Position numbers and translations under genes: made by a program. A stretch of DNA of 64,000 nucleotides from a virus (lineage: Duplodnaviria > Caudoviricetes): IMG/VR virus record IMGVR_UViG_2565956830_000005, positions 18,930-82,929 of that record, one strand, 5' to 3'. Under the pieces are notes generated by a model. It ran no database searches. It was not told where the DNA came from and saw nothing but the letters and a program-made list of their open reading frames with translations. Each line of letters begins with the position of its first letter. The stretch's first letter is position 1. Below, piece by piece: positions 43,862 through 53,217 of this stretch.

Positions 43862-44778
43862 CGCTGCTCGCCGCCCAGGACGATGCGCGCGAGGGCGATG
43901 GTGGGGTCGATGACGGGATGGCCGGGCGCGCCGCTGCCGTGTTCCGTGTGGTCGGCGGTCTCCTCCAAGAGCTTGGCCAGCGCGCGCCCGACGCCGGGGT
44001 GCATGGCCGCGATGTAGTCGGCGTTCGCTCCGTTACTCATGGGCTCGTCGACGACGTACACGGGCGCCCGGTCCTCTGCGCCGGGGCCGTCGTGGAGGAG
44101 GCGGTCGCCTCGGTCCATGGAGAGCCAGGGGCCGGGTGTGAGTTCGGGGTCGGCGAGGCGCGCTCGCAACTTGCGGGCTGCCGTGCGGAGTTCGTCGGCA
44201 GGGCTGACCGGGTGCGGGGTGGCGAAGTCGCGCGCCTTGATCTTTGCGCGGCGGCCGTCGGGGTGATGCCACACGATGCCCTCGTACGGGCGGGTGAGGA
44301 GCCACTCGCGGAGGCCGTCGAAGTCGCGCGGGGCGGCCTCCACGTCGATGCGCTCGGACAGGGGCGCCCATCCGTGGGGCATGAGGAGGTGTGCGTCGAA
44401 GCCGTCCGCGTTGCGGTTGATTTTCGGGCCGAGGAGTTCGTAGGTGCCGGGTGCGACGGCCGTGCTGTTGGTCAGCGCTTCGGCGTGGAGCTTGGCGAAT
44501 GAGGACTGGGCCATTGGCTCCCAGCCGACGAGTTTCCCGGTCGCCTCGTCGTGCTGCGCGGTGACGAAGGAGTGCGGGATGTCCTTGCCGGGTTTGACTT
44601 CGCGGCGGGCCCACCAGTTGCCGTGCTCGTCGAGCATGGTGCAGGTGCCGTCCCACTTGCGGGTTGCGATGCCTTCGCCTGCGGTCACCCATTCGCAGCC
44701 CGGGGTGACGTCGGGCAGGACGGTACGGGGGCGGCCCAGGCGGAGGTCGCGGGCGAAGAGGGTCGGGATTTTGCGCAT
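43858..44778 (-). CDS. DUF5565/RLIG1-like RNA ligase fused to a phage domain
   Basis: MRKIPTLF, ATRKWDGT (KxDG adenylation motif), GTYELLGPKIN, EGIVWHHPDGRRAKIK. Confidence 0.8.
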   Translation of the reverse strand: MRKIPTLFARDLRLGRPRTVLPDVTPGCEWVTAGEGIATRKWDGTCTMLDEHGNWWARREVKPGKDIPHSFVTAQHDEATGKLVGWEPMAQSSFAKLHAEALTNSTAVAPGTYELLGPKINRNADGFDAHLLMPHGWAPLSERIDVEAAPRDFDGLREWLLTRPYEGIVWHHPDGRRAKIKARDFATPHPVSPADELRTAARKLRARLADPELTPGPWLSMDRGDRLLHDGPGAEDRAPVYVVDEPMSNGANADYIAAMHPGVGRALAKLLEETADHTEHGSGAPGHPVIDPTIALARIVLGGEQR

Positions 44779-45098
44779 CAGCTGGTGCCTTCTGTGGGTG
44801 GGATGAGGGTGAGGTCGGCGCCCCACATGTCGCGTGGGCTGGGGTGGTACTCGATGTGCGCGATCTCGTACCGGCTGCGTGGCCCGCCGTAGTCGATGAG
44901 GATGTGGTCGCCGCGTTCGATGCCGGGGCCCCAGCCGGAGACGCGGAGTTGCTGGAGGTCGTCGGGTTCGTGGTGGACGACGTAGTCGCGGCCCCAGCCG
45001 AGGTGATCGCGCGTGTAGTCGTGGACGCGCGGCTTCCGCCCTGGTGCGGGAGAGGGCTCTGGCGGGGCGGTCTCGCGGCGGCGCAAGAAGTTCAGCAT
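44778..45098 (-). CDS. Hypothetical protein
   Basis: HDYT...WG...GWGPGI..GD...PRDMW. Confidence 0.7.
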   Translation of the reverse strand: MLNFLRRRETAPPEPSPAPGRKPRVHDYTRDHLGWGRDYVVHHEPDDLQQLRVSGWGPGIERGDHILIDYGGPRSRYEIAHIEYHPSPRDMWGADLTLIPPTEGTS

Positions 45099-45631
45099 GG
45101 AGGCTCCCCCGGGGCGGGAGCCGGTGCCGTGGGGGCGTTGGAGTCCGGTCGGTTGTGGCTGGCGTGGTCGAGGGTCTCCTCGATGGCCTGCGACCAGCTG
45201 GCGCGGATGCGCTCGGGGGCGTCGGCAGTTTCGGGGTTCAGCCGGCCGTCGACGACGGCGCGTACGCAGAGGGTGGCCAGCTGCCGGGCGTCCGTGTCGC
45301 TGGTGGTGAACTGCTCGGCGATGTTGACGGGGGTGAGGTGGTGGAGGGTGTCGGAGCGGACGGTGTGGGCTTCGTACGGTCCGTGGTCGGGGTTGAGGGC
45401 CATGACGAGGAGTTCGTGCGTGGCCCCGGGGAACTTCTTGATCGCGGGCGGGGTGCCGGGGATGTCGGCGAGGGTCACGACGGACAGCGAGTACTGGGAC
45501 CACAGCGGGTGCCAGGCGGGGGCCGTGATGATCCAGAGGGTGAGAGCGGCCGGCCGGTCGGTGAAGGCCCCGTCGGGTACCCGGCGGGCGGTGCCGAGGT
45601 CTCCGGTCAGTTCGTCGAGGGGTGTGGTCAT
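45092..45631 (-). CDS. Hypothetical protein
   Basis: APAWHPLWSQY...PGATHELLV; CAGGAG RBS. Confidence 0.7.
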   Translation of the reverse strand: MTTPLDELTGDLGTARRVPDGAFTDRPAALTLWIITAPAWHPLWSQYSLSVVTLADIPGTPPAIKKFPGATHELLVMALNPDHGPYEAHTVRSDTLHHLTPVNIAEQFTTSDTDARQLATLCVRAVVDGRLNPETADAPERIRASWSQAIEETLDHASHNRPDSNAPTAPAPAPGEPPC

Positions 45632-46212
45632 CTGTTGATGCTCCTGACGATGTTGTTGGCGAGGAGGAATGCTTCGGCAGGGAGAGGAACGGTTGTGCCG
45701 GGGGTGGTGGTGACGGTGCGGTCGAGCAACTGGGCTACGAAACGGGCGTTCGCTGGGCTGAAGAGGCCGGCGAGACGTCCGGCTGGGCCGCCAACGGCGT
45801 TGTCGATGCCGTGGCCGAACCACTCCTCCCTGGGCACGAGTTGGGAGTGCCAGTAGGTGTTGGCCGCGATCTCGTCGTCGGTCACGAACGAGAGCCTCTT
45901 GAGGTGTGCGGACGCCGTACGAACCGTGTCCGCGGGGAGCACGGTGGTCGCGCCGCTCCGTGCCGGGAGCGGCGCACGCAGAAGCTCCGGCGTCCGGTCG
46001 GGGTGGAGGCGGACGACCTGCGCGCCTGGCTGCGGGGTGGGGCGTCCGGAGTGGCCCGGGCAGTAGTCGCGGCCGTCCGAGTGGGTACGCCAGCCCTGGT
46101 GGCGGCCGAGCTCGCGGGCTTCTTCGATGCTTCGGGCACCGGTGTGGAGGGCGAAGGCGCAACGACCGTGCGTCCATTGCCGGTTGCAGTTGAGAGCGAT
46201 GCTGATACTCAC
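45628..46212 (-). CDS. Hypothetical protein
   Basis: GW...DYCPGH zinc motif; GTGA overlap. Confidence 0.65.
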   Translation of the reverse strand: MSISIALNCNRQWTHGRCAFALHTGARSIEEARELGRHQGWRTHSDGRDYCPGHSGRPTPQPGAQVVRLHPDRTPELLRAPLPARSGATTVLPADTVRTASAHLKRLSFVTDDEIAANTYWHSQLVPREEWFGHGIDNAVGGPAGRLAGLFSPANARFVAQLLDRTVTTTPGTTVPLPAEAFLLANNIVRSINR

Positions 46213-46544
46213 TGGCCGGCCGCTCCTTCGATCAGGTGGCGGAGGTCGACACACCTGTTGTCGACGACGGGGCCCGGTTGCCCGGGTCCGGGGCGGCCGG
46301 TGACCGGGGTGAGGATCGCGCGGGCGACGAGGACGGCGTGTTCGTGGTTCAGGTCGGTGGTGATAGAGGTAATGGCGAGTCGCTCGGCTTCGGCTTCGAG
46401 CCATGTGATGACGGGCTCCTTCATCCGCATCAGGGCGGCGACGTGCTGGAGGAGGCGCTCGTTGCCGCTATCGATCCGGCCGCGAGCCGGGGCGTCCTTG
46501 AGGAACTTGATCGCGGCCTGGACATCTTCGATGGGGGTGGCCAT
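46209..46544 (-). CDS. Hypothetical protein
   Basis: ATG 46544 with GGAG RBS. Confidence 0.6.
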   Translation of the reverse strand: MATPIEDVQAAIKFLKDAPARGRIDSGNERLLQHVAALMRMKEPVITWLEAEAERLAITSITTDLNHEHAVLVARAILTPVTGRPGPGQPGPVVDNRCVDLRHLIEGAAGQ

Positions 46545-46603
46545 GGCTGGTACTCCGTTGCGGTCGAGGGCAGGTTGGAGGTGACGATCGTTCGCTGATC
46601 TCG

Positions 46604-48118
46604 TCACGCTGCCTCCTCCTGGTCTGCGGCCTGTTGCGGCTCGATGTCGACAGTCGATCGCGCTGATGGCGGAGCAGGCTCTTGGCCAGATCCGGAACAT
46701 GGGTCCTCGCCGGCGCGGTGTCGGCGCATCACTCCGGCGGCCGTCAGCGACCGCCTCTTCTCGCATCCCGGGCACACCGCCTTGGGCGTCGCCGGGCGCG
46801 GGGACAGCACCAGGCGGCAGTCAGGACTGTCGGCGCGGGCGCGCGCCGCACGGCATCTGTCGCAGCGGCATTTCCAGTCGCGGAATCCGCTGAGGGTGCC
46901 GTGGAGGCGTTCGGGCATCAGGCGGCGCAGGACGGCGAGTTCTTCCTGCGCCCCGCGATACCAGTACCGGCAGGGGCCACACCGGGGGACCTTCTCCCGG
47001 CGGTGGCGCTGCCACCCCCTGCGGGTGCCGCAGTCATCGGGCCACGTCGGGGTGTCCTGGCCAGGAGGCAACGCTTGCCGGGATGCGGCCGACCCCAGCT
47101 TGCCGATCTTTCGGCGGTTGATCGCAGCGGCGGCTTCGTCATTGCTGGTGTCGAGGTAGACGCTGGTCACGGAGATGTCGGAGTGCCGCAGGACGTGCGC
47201 GACGATTGCCAGGTCGGCTTTGGCCTCGCGCACGAGGAGCGTTCCGGTGGTGTGCCGCAGGCCGTGAGGGACGTAGTGCCGCCCGAGTGCGGCCTTCGCG
47301 CAGCGCCCCACGATGTGTCCGACGCTGGAGGTGTTGAAGCGGTGCCGCTCCGCGGTGAGGAGGAGCGCCCGCTCGTCGCCCTTGAAGAGTTTCCCGTGCC
47401 GGTCGCGCCTGTCCGGCAGGGCGCCGGGTTCGGGGCGCCATTGGTCGATGTAGGCATTGATGAGGGTGGCGCACTCGTCGGTGACCGGGACGGTGGCGGC
47501 CTTGCGCCCCTTGCCGCAGCGGATCTGCACCACCCAATGCCCGGCGGGGTCTTTCTCAATGTCGTCTACGTCGAGATCGCGGATGTCGGCGTTGCGGAGC
47601 CCGGATTCCCCGGCGAGGCGGACGGCGATCTCGTCGCGGACCCAGCAGCCTTGGTCGCCGTTGAATGAGCCGTGGCCGACGCGGGCGGCGGCGAGCATCG
47701 CGTCGAGTTCGTGGCGGGCGAGTGCGGCGCGTTCCGGTCGTGTGGTGCGGGTGGGCATGGGTGCTCTGGGGACGTCGCGCATCGGGTTTTCGCGCAGCCA
47801 CCGGTTAGATTCCGCGTGGGCCATGAGCCCGTTGATGGATTTGCGGCAGAACCGGATGGTGTCGGGGCTGCTCGGCTTGTCGCCCCGGCCGCGGGCCTTG
47901 TACGCGGTGAGCCAGCCGCTGATTTCTGCCGCTTCGATGCTGTCGACGGTGCGGGTGGGGCCCAGGTGGTCGATGGCGCGGCGAGCGTAGGCGAGGTAGC
48001 CGCGGGTGGTGTCGGGGCTCATCTGGTCGGCGTCGACGAGGGATCGCAGGCGGATCCCCCAGGACTGCCAGGCGGTCTCCAGGGTGACGGTGAGGTCGAG
48101 TTCGCGGGGTGCGGCCAT
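46604..48118 (-). CDS. Tyrosine recombinase (XerC/D-like) with C-terminal Cys/His modules
   Basis: GLRNAD, GKGRK, HGLRH, LRHSDISVTSVY: catalytic R-K-H-R-H-Y all present. Confidence 0.9.
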   Translation of the reverse strand: MAAPRELDLTVTLETAWQSWGIRLRSLVDADQMSPDTTRGYLAYARRAIDHLGPTRTVDSIEAAEISGWLTAYKARGRGDKPSSPDTIRFCRKSINGLMAHAESNRWLRENPMRDVPRAPMPTRTTRPERAALARHELDAMLAAARVGHGSFNGDQGCWVRDEIAVRLAGESGLRNADIRDLDVDDIEKDPAGHWVVQIRCGKGRKAATVPVTDECATLINAYIDQWRPEPGALPDRRDRHGKLFKGDERALLLTAERHRFNTSSVGHIVGRCAKAALGRHYVPHGLRHTTGTLLVREAKADLAIVAHVLRHSDISVTSVYLDTSNDEAAAAINRRKIGKLGSAASRQALPPGQDTPTWPDDCGTRRGWQRHRREKVPRCGPCRYWYRGAQEELAVLRRLMPERLHGTLSGFRDWKCRCDRCRAARARADSPDCRLVLSPRPATPKAVCPGCEKRRSLTAAGVMRRHRAGEDPCSGSGQEPAPPSARSTVDIEPQQAADQEEAA

Positions 48119-48780
48119 CAGGCGGCGTCCTTCCTGTCGTTCTTGGCACGGGCGCGTGCGCGGCGGCGGAGATTGGCCACTGCCGATTCGCCGACGCGCT
48201 CGGTTCCGGCGGTGCTTCCGGCCCGGCGGTCGCAGCCCCAGTGCGACGACGGCGCCTCCCCCTCGTGCCACAGCTCACGGAACCCGTCGCGGCCCCGGCC
48301 GAGGAGGGACCGGAACGTCTGGTCCTTGATGCCCAGTAGCCGGGCCGCATTGGCGTAGTCGCCCGACGCGGCAAGGGCCGCAAGGGCTTCCCGCTGGCGC
48401 GGGGAGAGCGCCTCAAGGATCTGCGCGAGCGCCAGCCGCTCGACCAGGCTGGCCTCCGGACTGGGGGTAGCGCGGCCCGCCCATTCCCAGTACATGGCGT
48501 GCTTGAGGCCGTTGTTGGTGCCGTCGCGGCGTGCGCCGTGGTGCCGCATCGTGGCCTTGACGTCCTCGGAAAGAGCCTGGCGCCCGGCCTCCAGCAGGTC
48601 TACGCGTCGCGGTTTCTCTTCGGCGCTGCACAGGTGCTCGACGATGCCGTGCCACGCTGCGGCGTACAGGTCTTCGCGGTCGCCGGCGGGCCACCAGGCG
48701 CGGTTGTTGGAGACGACCGTGCGGGCGAGACGGTCGAGGTCTGCGAGGGTCCAGCCCCAGCGGATGCCGTCAGCGGTCAT
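48118..48780 (-). CDS. Sigma-70-like protein (region 4 HTH)
   Basis: DREDLYAAAWHGIVE...SPE...LSPRQREAL...YANAARLLGI...FRSLLGRGR. Confidence 0.65.
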   Translation of the reverse strand: MTADGIRWGWTLADLDRLARTVVSNNRAWWPAGDREDLYAAAWHGIVEHLCSAEEKPRRVDLLEAGRQALSEDVKATMRHHGARRDGTNNGLKHAMYWEWAGRATPSPEASLVERLALAQILEALSPRQREALAALAASGDYANAARLLGIKDQTFRSLLGRGRDGFRELWHEGEAPSSHWGCDRRAGSTAGTERVGESAVANLRRRARARAKNDRKDAA

Positions 48781-49157
48781 CAGGCCATCACCGCCAGGGT
48801 GTTGGGGCATTCGTCGTGCGGTGCGGTGCACCAGTGGTGCCCGGCCCAGGTGATGCCGCCGGGCTGCATGGCGCCGATTGCGAGGCAGGTGGCCATGGCG
48901 GTGAGGAGTCTGCCGCGTGTGCGTCGGTCTTCGGGGTCGCGGAAGTTGCCGGGCGCGGTGAGACGGTCCCCGGCTTCCGCGATGACGTCCGCGAGGCCGT
49001 CCTGCGCGGTGGCCTCGGCGTGCGCGCGGGCAAGTTCGCCGGGCTGGCCGAGCCGCATGAGACTTAGGGGAACGAGACCGTCGAGAACGAGGAGGAGGCG
49101 CTCGGTGTTGCTGTCCAAATGGCTCCGAGCGGAGGCAGTTTCGGGGGGTGTGGCCAT
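48780..49157 (-). CDS. Hypothetical protein
   Basis: GGAG RBS; QPGGITWAGHHWC. Confidence 0.65.
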   Translation of the reverse strand: MATPPETASARSHLDSNTERLLLVLDGLVPLSLMRLGQPGELARAHAEATAQDGLADVIAEAGDRLTAPGNFRDPEDRRTRGRLLTAMATCLAIGAMQPGGITWAGHHWCTAPHDECPNTLAVMA

Positions 49158-49201
49158 GGGGGGCTGCTCCAGTGCGGTCGTGGGCGTGATGGGGGCGTGG
49201 G

Positions 49202-49711
49202 TCAGGCAGCGACTTCGGGGGCGCCGACGTACGTTCCGTGGATGCGGTAGTGCTGGTCCGCCGCCGTGTTCGCGGCCGTACACGGCGGGCAGGGGGTTTC
49301 TTGCCGGCGGCGATGACGGCGGTACCCGCGGCGCGTCCCGCACTTCACAGGCGTTGTCGGTATACGCCGCTTTCCGGAGTTGTCGCGGGACAGACGCTGG
49401 TTCGCTGAGACGGCCTGCTCGGGGAACCAGGCCTGAAGAGTGGCCCCGCTGACCCTGATGCGGTGAGCGATCACGGAGTACGGCACGCCCCGGTCGAAGA
49501 GCAGGGAGGCCGTGTAGCGGGCCTCGTCCTGGGTGAGCTTCCAGCCTTTGCGCAGGCCGTTGGCGGCGAGTTCCACGGCGATCAGGTCGATGCAGACGAG
49601 GCCGTCGGGGGTGGCCATCCACACCGTGGGCACCGCAAGTGTCGTGACGGGAATCCAGTCCCGCTGACGGCCGACCGGCACGCCGCTGACGAACGTGGCG
49701 GGCCGCTTCAT
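49202..49711 (-). CDS. HTH protein with CGT...H...CxxC zinc finger
   Basis: GVPYSVIAHRIRVS; CGTRRGYRRHRRRQETPCPPC. Confidence 0.7.
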   Translation of the reverse strand: MKRPATFVSGVPVGRQRDWIPVTTLAVPTVWMATPDGLVCIDLIAVELAANGLRKGWKLTQDEARYTASLLFDRGVPYSVIAHRIRVSGATLQAWFPEQAVSANQRLSRDNSGKRRIPTTPVKCGTRRGYRRHRRRQETPCPPCTAANTAADQHYRIHGTYVGAPEVAA

Positions 49712-50025
49712 TCGCCCACCGCCGGGAACAGGCCGAGCTGCTCCGGCGGGGCCAGGGCGTGCTCGGCGAGCCGGATGATCTGGGCGGCGAGCCAGTACGC
49801 CACCACCAGGCCACGGGCGATCTCCTTGCGGGTCTCCTCGGCCCAGAACTGTTTCTCCCAGCCCCAGCGGTACTGGTGCTTGCCGCAGGCGCAGCACATG
49901 ACCTCGCTGCCGATGCCGCCGCTGTCGCGGTCACGGACCTCGAAAACGACGGTCTCGACGGTGGTCCCGCACCAGCGGCAGCCGCGCCCTCTCCGGATGC
50001 GCCCGGTCTGGTCCACGAGGCTCAC
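49708..50025 (-). CDS. Zinc-ribbon hypothetical protein
   Basis: CRWC...CCAC; C-terminal EQLGLF. Confidence 0.6.
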   Translation of the reverse strand: MSLVDQTGRIRRGRGCRWCGTTVETVVFEVRDRDSGGIGSEVMCCACGKHQYRWGWEKQFWAEETRKEIARGLVVAYWLAAQIIRLAEHALAPPEQLGLFPAVGE

Positions 50026-50522
50026 CGGGCCGCGATCCTTTCGACGGGCGCGCCCACTGCGGCGCCGAGGAGCCTCCACTGCCAGCCGAGAGCGACCGCG
50101 CGCGGTGGCAGGGTGGTGCCGAGCCGCTCGTAGAGGCGCCGCCGGTACTCGCGGACCGTCGCCTTGCCGACGCCGAGTTCGTGGGCGGTGGCGCTCGTGG
50201 ACAGGCCCCGGGCGGTGCACTGGAGCGTGCGCCGCAGCGAGCCGGGCATACGGAGCGCCGGCGGTACAGCCTGGGTTTTGACGGCCAGGTCGGGGATGCC
50301 GTCGAAGTCATGGTGCCGGTAGGCGTGGTCGACCAGGGCGCCCAGGGAGCGGCCCTCGATGCCGGTACGGCGGGCCGCGCGGCTGACGTGGCCGCATACG
50401 GCCCGCGGTGAGATGCCCAGTTCGGCGGCGACCTGCTGCGTCCCGTGTCCGCGGGCGTAGCAGGCGATGACGCCGGTCTGGGCCGGTGTGAGGCGCCCGT
50501 GGGGCGTGAACCCGAGGCTCAA
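50022..50522 (-). CDS. Tandem LuxR-type HTH regulator
   Basis: LTPAQ...ARG....VAAELGISPRAV and ARGLSTSATAHELGVGKATVREY. Confidence 0.8.
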   Translation of the reverse strand: MSLGFTPHGRLTPAQTGVIACYARGHGTQQVAAELGISPRAVCGHVSRAARRTGIEGRSLGALVDHAYRHHDFDGIPDLAVKTQAVPPALRMPGSLRRTLQCTARGLSTSATAHELGVGKATVREYRRRLYERLGTTLPPRAVALGWQWRLLGAAVGAPVERIAAR

Positions 50523-50755
50523 GAGGGCTCCTTACGGGGATGTTCAGTCCGCCACGCCCGTACGGTGCGGCGGGTGTCCGTGGCGAGGAAGACGGTCAGG
50601 AGGAGTGCCTGGCGGGGGTAGGTGGCCCAGTCGTCGAGGCGGGAGCTGAGTTGGTCGTGGGCCCAGTTCCCGAGGCGCTCGCGGGGCCGGGCCCGGCCGC
50701 CGGCGTATCCGGCGGCCAGGCCCACGACCAGACAGGCCGCGCAGGCGTAGATCAC
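50519..50755 (-). CDS. Small membrane protein
   Basis: N-terminal TM; coupled. Confidence 0.65.
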   Translation of the reverse strand: MIYACAACLVVGLAAGYAGGRARPRERLGNWAHDQLSSRLDDWATYPRQALLLTVFLATDTRRTVRAWRTEHPRKEPS

Positions 50756-51150
50756 GTGTGCGCTGGCGTGGCGGCGCTGTCGAAGTCGAGGACGTTGCGG
50801 GCTGCGCCGGCGTAGTGCTGCTGCTCGGCAACGGCCAGGTGCGCGTAGGGCCTTGAGATCCGGCCGGCGAGGTGGTCGTGGGCGGCCAGGAGCCGCGCGA
50901 CGTCGTCGACCGACACAGCCGGCGGGTTCTGGGTCTCGTAGCTGATGACGATCTCTTCGCCATGGGGCCAGAACGCGATGGCGTTGTCCGGCACCGCGTG
51001 GTCCGCGGCGAGTCCGTGCTCGGACCGGTAGTTGCGGCTCGCGGACGTCCAGGCCCTGCTGATGTCGACGTGGTAAGCACCGTGCGCAGCATCGACAGGC
51101 ACCGCGAACTCACGGCGAGTGAAGGAGATGGAACGCTCCGTGTGCGACAT
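50752..51150 (-). CDS. Hypothetical protein
   Basis: ATG 51150 with GGAG RBS. Confidence 0.7.
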   Translation of the reverse strand: MSHTERSISFTRREFAVPVDAAHGAYHVDISRAWTSASRNYRSEHGLAADHAVPDNAIAFWPHGEEIVISYETQNPPAVSVDDVARLLAAHDHLAGRISRPYAHLAVAEQQHYAGAARNVLDFDSAATPAHT

Positions 51151-51250
51151 GAGGAACTCCAGAGTGAGGGTGGGATATTGAGAACTGGGCGGGTGAATGG
51201 GCCTTGAAGGCAAAGCCGTTACGAGGCGGCCGGCTCCATGGCTGGGGTGC

Positions 51251-51394
51251 TCATCGGCGCGTGGCCCTCCGGATGCCGACGACGACCAGGGCGATCACAC
51301 CGGCTATCGCAGCGCCGGCGCCGACGACGCCAAGGCAGACGTAGACGGTTGCGCCGCCAATGACCAGGAAGCCGACCTGGACGACGTCACTCAC
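51251..51394 (-). CDS. 47-aa hydrophobic micro-protein (not in ORF track)
   Basis: VSDVVQVGFLVIGGATVYVCLGVVGAGAAIAGVIALVVVGIRRATRR; GTGA overlap. Confidence 0.55.
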   Translation of the reverse strand: MSDVVQVGFLVIGGATVYVCLGVVGAGAAIAGVIALVVVGIRRATRR

Positions 51395-53148
51395 GTCGAT
51401 GCCTCGTCAGTCCCGCGCTTGCCCTGAGCCGTGACGTGCTCGCCATGAGGGCCCTTGACGACACAGCGCTCGACCGGTTCCGAGTCCTTCGGGAGGAGAC
51501 CCACAGAGCAGTGCGGCGTCTCCTCGGCCAGGACGTCCCGGCCGCAGCCGGACTCGGTGCAACTGCTCGCGTCGCCGTCGACGTCGAGACCGGTCCGGGC
51601 GAACCAGTCGAGGCCGATCAAGTTCGCGGCCGGAGCGTGCACGAGGCACCGGAGTTGGCGCCCGTCACGGGACTGGTAGGCGGCCACAGGGTGGTGCCCC
51701 GCCGCGTGGGCACCCTGTTCGTCGGCCATGCAGACCGCGTAGCCCTTGGCGCGGCAGTCGGCGCACAGGACCGCGATCCCAGGGGCGTGCCGGACGGGCT
51801 CGGCGGGCGCGGTCGGCAGGTTCTTGCGGTGCGCGGCGATCACGCACTCCCCGGAGCAGTGCGGGCGTTCGTCGCCGGTGCGGAAAACGAAGTCGTCCTC
51901 GGCGTAGTCAGTGATGTCCTGGCGGCAGCGCGGGCAGAGCAGGCGGTCCTCGCCAGCCCCACCCGGGACAACGGCGGGCACGGCGGCCAGCAGGCGGCGC
52001 AGCGAGGTGACGGCGGCCTGGTCCTCTTCGGTGAAGCCGTCGCGGGACCAGATGTGCTCCTGTGCCTCGGCGAGGGCGTAAGCCAACATCGTGCGCTCGG
52101 CCTCGTTGAGCACGGTGGCCCCATTCAAGTTTTCGGCTTTTTCCTTGAACTTCGGACCAGGAAGTTCAAGCGAACCTGAACCGGTCTGCTGCTGCGCCTC
52201 GCTGGCCACGCGCCGTAGTTCGTCCGTGCCGGGGCTCATTCGTAGCGTCCCGTCAGCCGTCGGGTAGACCGCGACGGTGTCGGACCAGTGGAAGCCGTGC
52301 TCGTCGACGTGGTCCTGGCCTACGTGGTGGGCGGCCCTGATGCACAGGCGCATCGCGTCCCACTCCTCGACGCGCGCGTCGTACTGCGCACTGCACGTCG
52401 TTGCCGGGACGGCATTCTGGTCGGAGGCGAGTTCGGTCCCCCACATGCGCACCTGGAAGGCCGCAGCACGGTGGTAGATCCTCGTGAAGCCTTCCTTGTC
52501 GCCCTGCTCTGCGTCCGCAGCCAGGCGGTCGGCGACCTCGGCGTAGATAGCGGCCCGGTCACCGGGCTGCCGGCTCTCAGCGACCGTCAGCGCCGCGTCC
52601 GCGTACACGTGGGCCGGGATCAGCTGCGGGTACATCTTCCACCAAGCGAGGGCTTCGGGCGTGGTGTTGCTGTCGCGGATCGCCTGTGCCACGCGGCCGA
52701 CCAGGGTGACGCGGCACGAGGGCGCGTGGTCGGGCGGGTACAGCTCGAGGCTGGACAGTTGGAGGACGCCTCGGGTACGTGCGTCGTGGACGCAGCGCGC
52801 GCAGTACGCCGGGTCCACGGACTCCGGCGGCTCGGGCGCGGCGGTGTCCGGGTCGTGCAACCGTGCTTCCTCTACGAGCTGCGCCGGCCACCTCGTCATG
52901 TCGCCGGAGTAATGCTGGCCAGGCAGACCATCGGTCGTCGGCCCGTCGCTCTCGGGACGCCAACGGCCGGACACGTAGACGTTGACGCGCCCCAACTGCG
53001 GATCCTCGGCGGCCAGGTAGGTCAGCGAGATCTTGGTGGGCGCGAGGGTTCCGGGGCCGTGCAGGTTCGGCACGTCGGGCATGCCGCGCACCGCGTACAC
53101 GACGGAATGTGAGATCGGGGTGCGGTCGGGGTGCGGGGTAGTGGTCAT
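51391..53148 (-). CDS. Large mosaic hypothetical protein
   Basis: 585 aa, GGAG RBS, many short Cys/His modules. Confidence 0.75.
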   Translation of the reverse strand: MTTTPHPDRTPISHSVVYAVRGMPDVPNLHGPGTLAPTKISLTYLAAEDPQLGRVNVYVSGRWRPESDGPTTDGLPGQHYSGDMTRWPAQLVEEARLHDPDTAAPEPPESVDPAYCARCVHDARTRGVLQLSSLELYPPDHAPSCRVTLVGRVAQAIRDSNTTPEALAWWKMYPQLIPAHVYADAALTVAESRQPGDRAAIYAEVADRLAADAEQGDKEGFTRIYHRAAAFQVRMWGTELASDQNAVPATTCSAQYDARVEEWDAMRLCIRAAHHVGQDHVDEHGFHWSDTVAVYPTADGTLRMSPGTDELRRVASEAQQQTGSGSLELPGPKFKEKAENLNGATVLNEAERTMLAYALAEAQEHIWSRDGFTEEDQAAVTSLRRLLAAVPAVVPGGAGEDRLLCPRCRQDITDYAEDDFVFRTGDERPHCSGECVIAAHRKNLPTAPAEPVRHAPGIAVLCADCRAKGYAVCMADEQGAHAAGHHPVAAYQSRDGRQLRCLVHAPAANLIGLDWFARTGLDVDGDASSCTESGCGRDVLAEETPHCSVGLLPKDSEPVERCVVKGPHGEHVTAQGKRGTDEAST

Positions 53149-53179
53149 CTTCTGCTCCGGGTGTGAGACTCGGTGGCCC

Positions 53180-53212
53180 GGGCGCCCCCGCAACTCGACT
53201 GCGGGGGCGCCC
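53180..53212. terminator. Perfect hairpin
   Basis: GGGCGCCCCCGCA-ACTCGAC-TGCGGGGGCGCCC. Confidence 0.6.
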
Positions 53213-53217
53213 GTCGT

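Noticed and set aside
46604-48118. Prophage integrase marking an element boundary
   Set aside because: Phage early genes continue on both sides in one operon, with no adjacent tRNA, att-like repeat or host genes.
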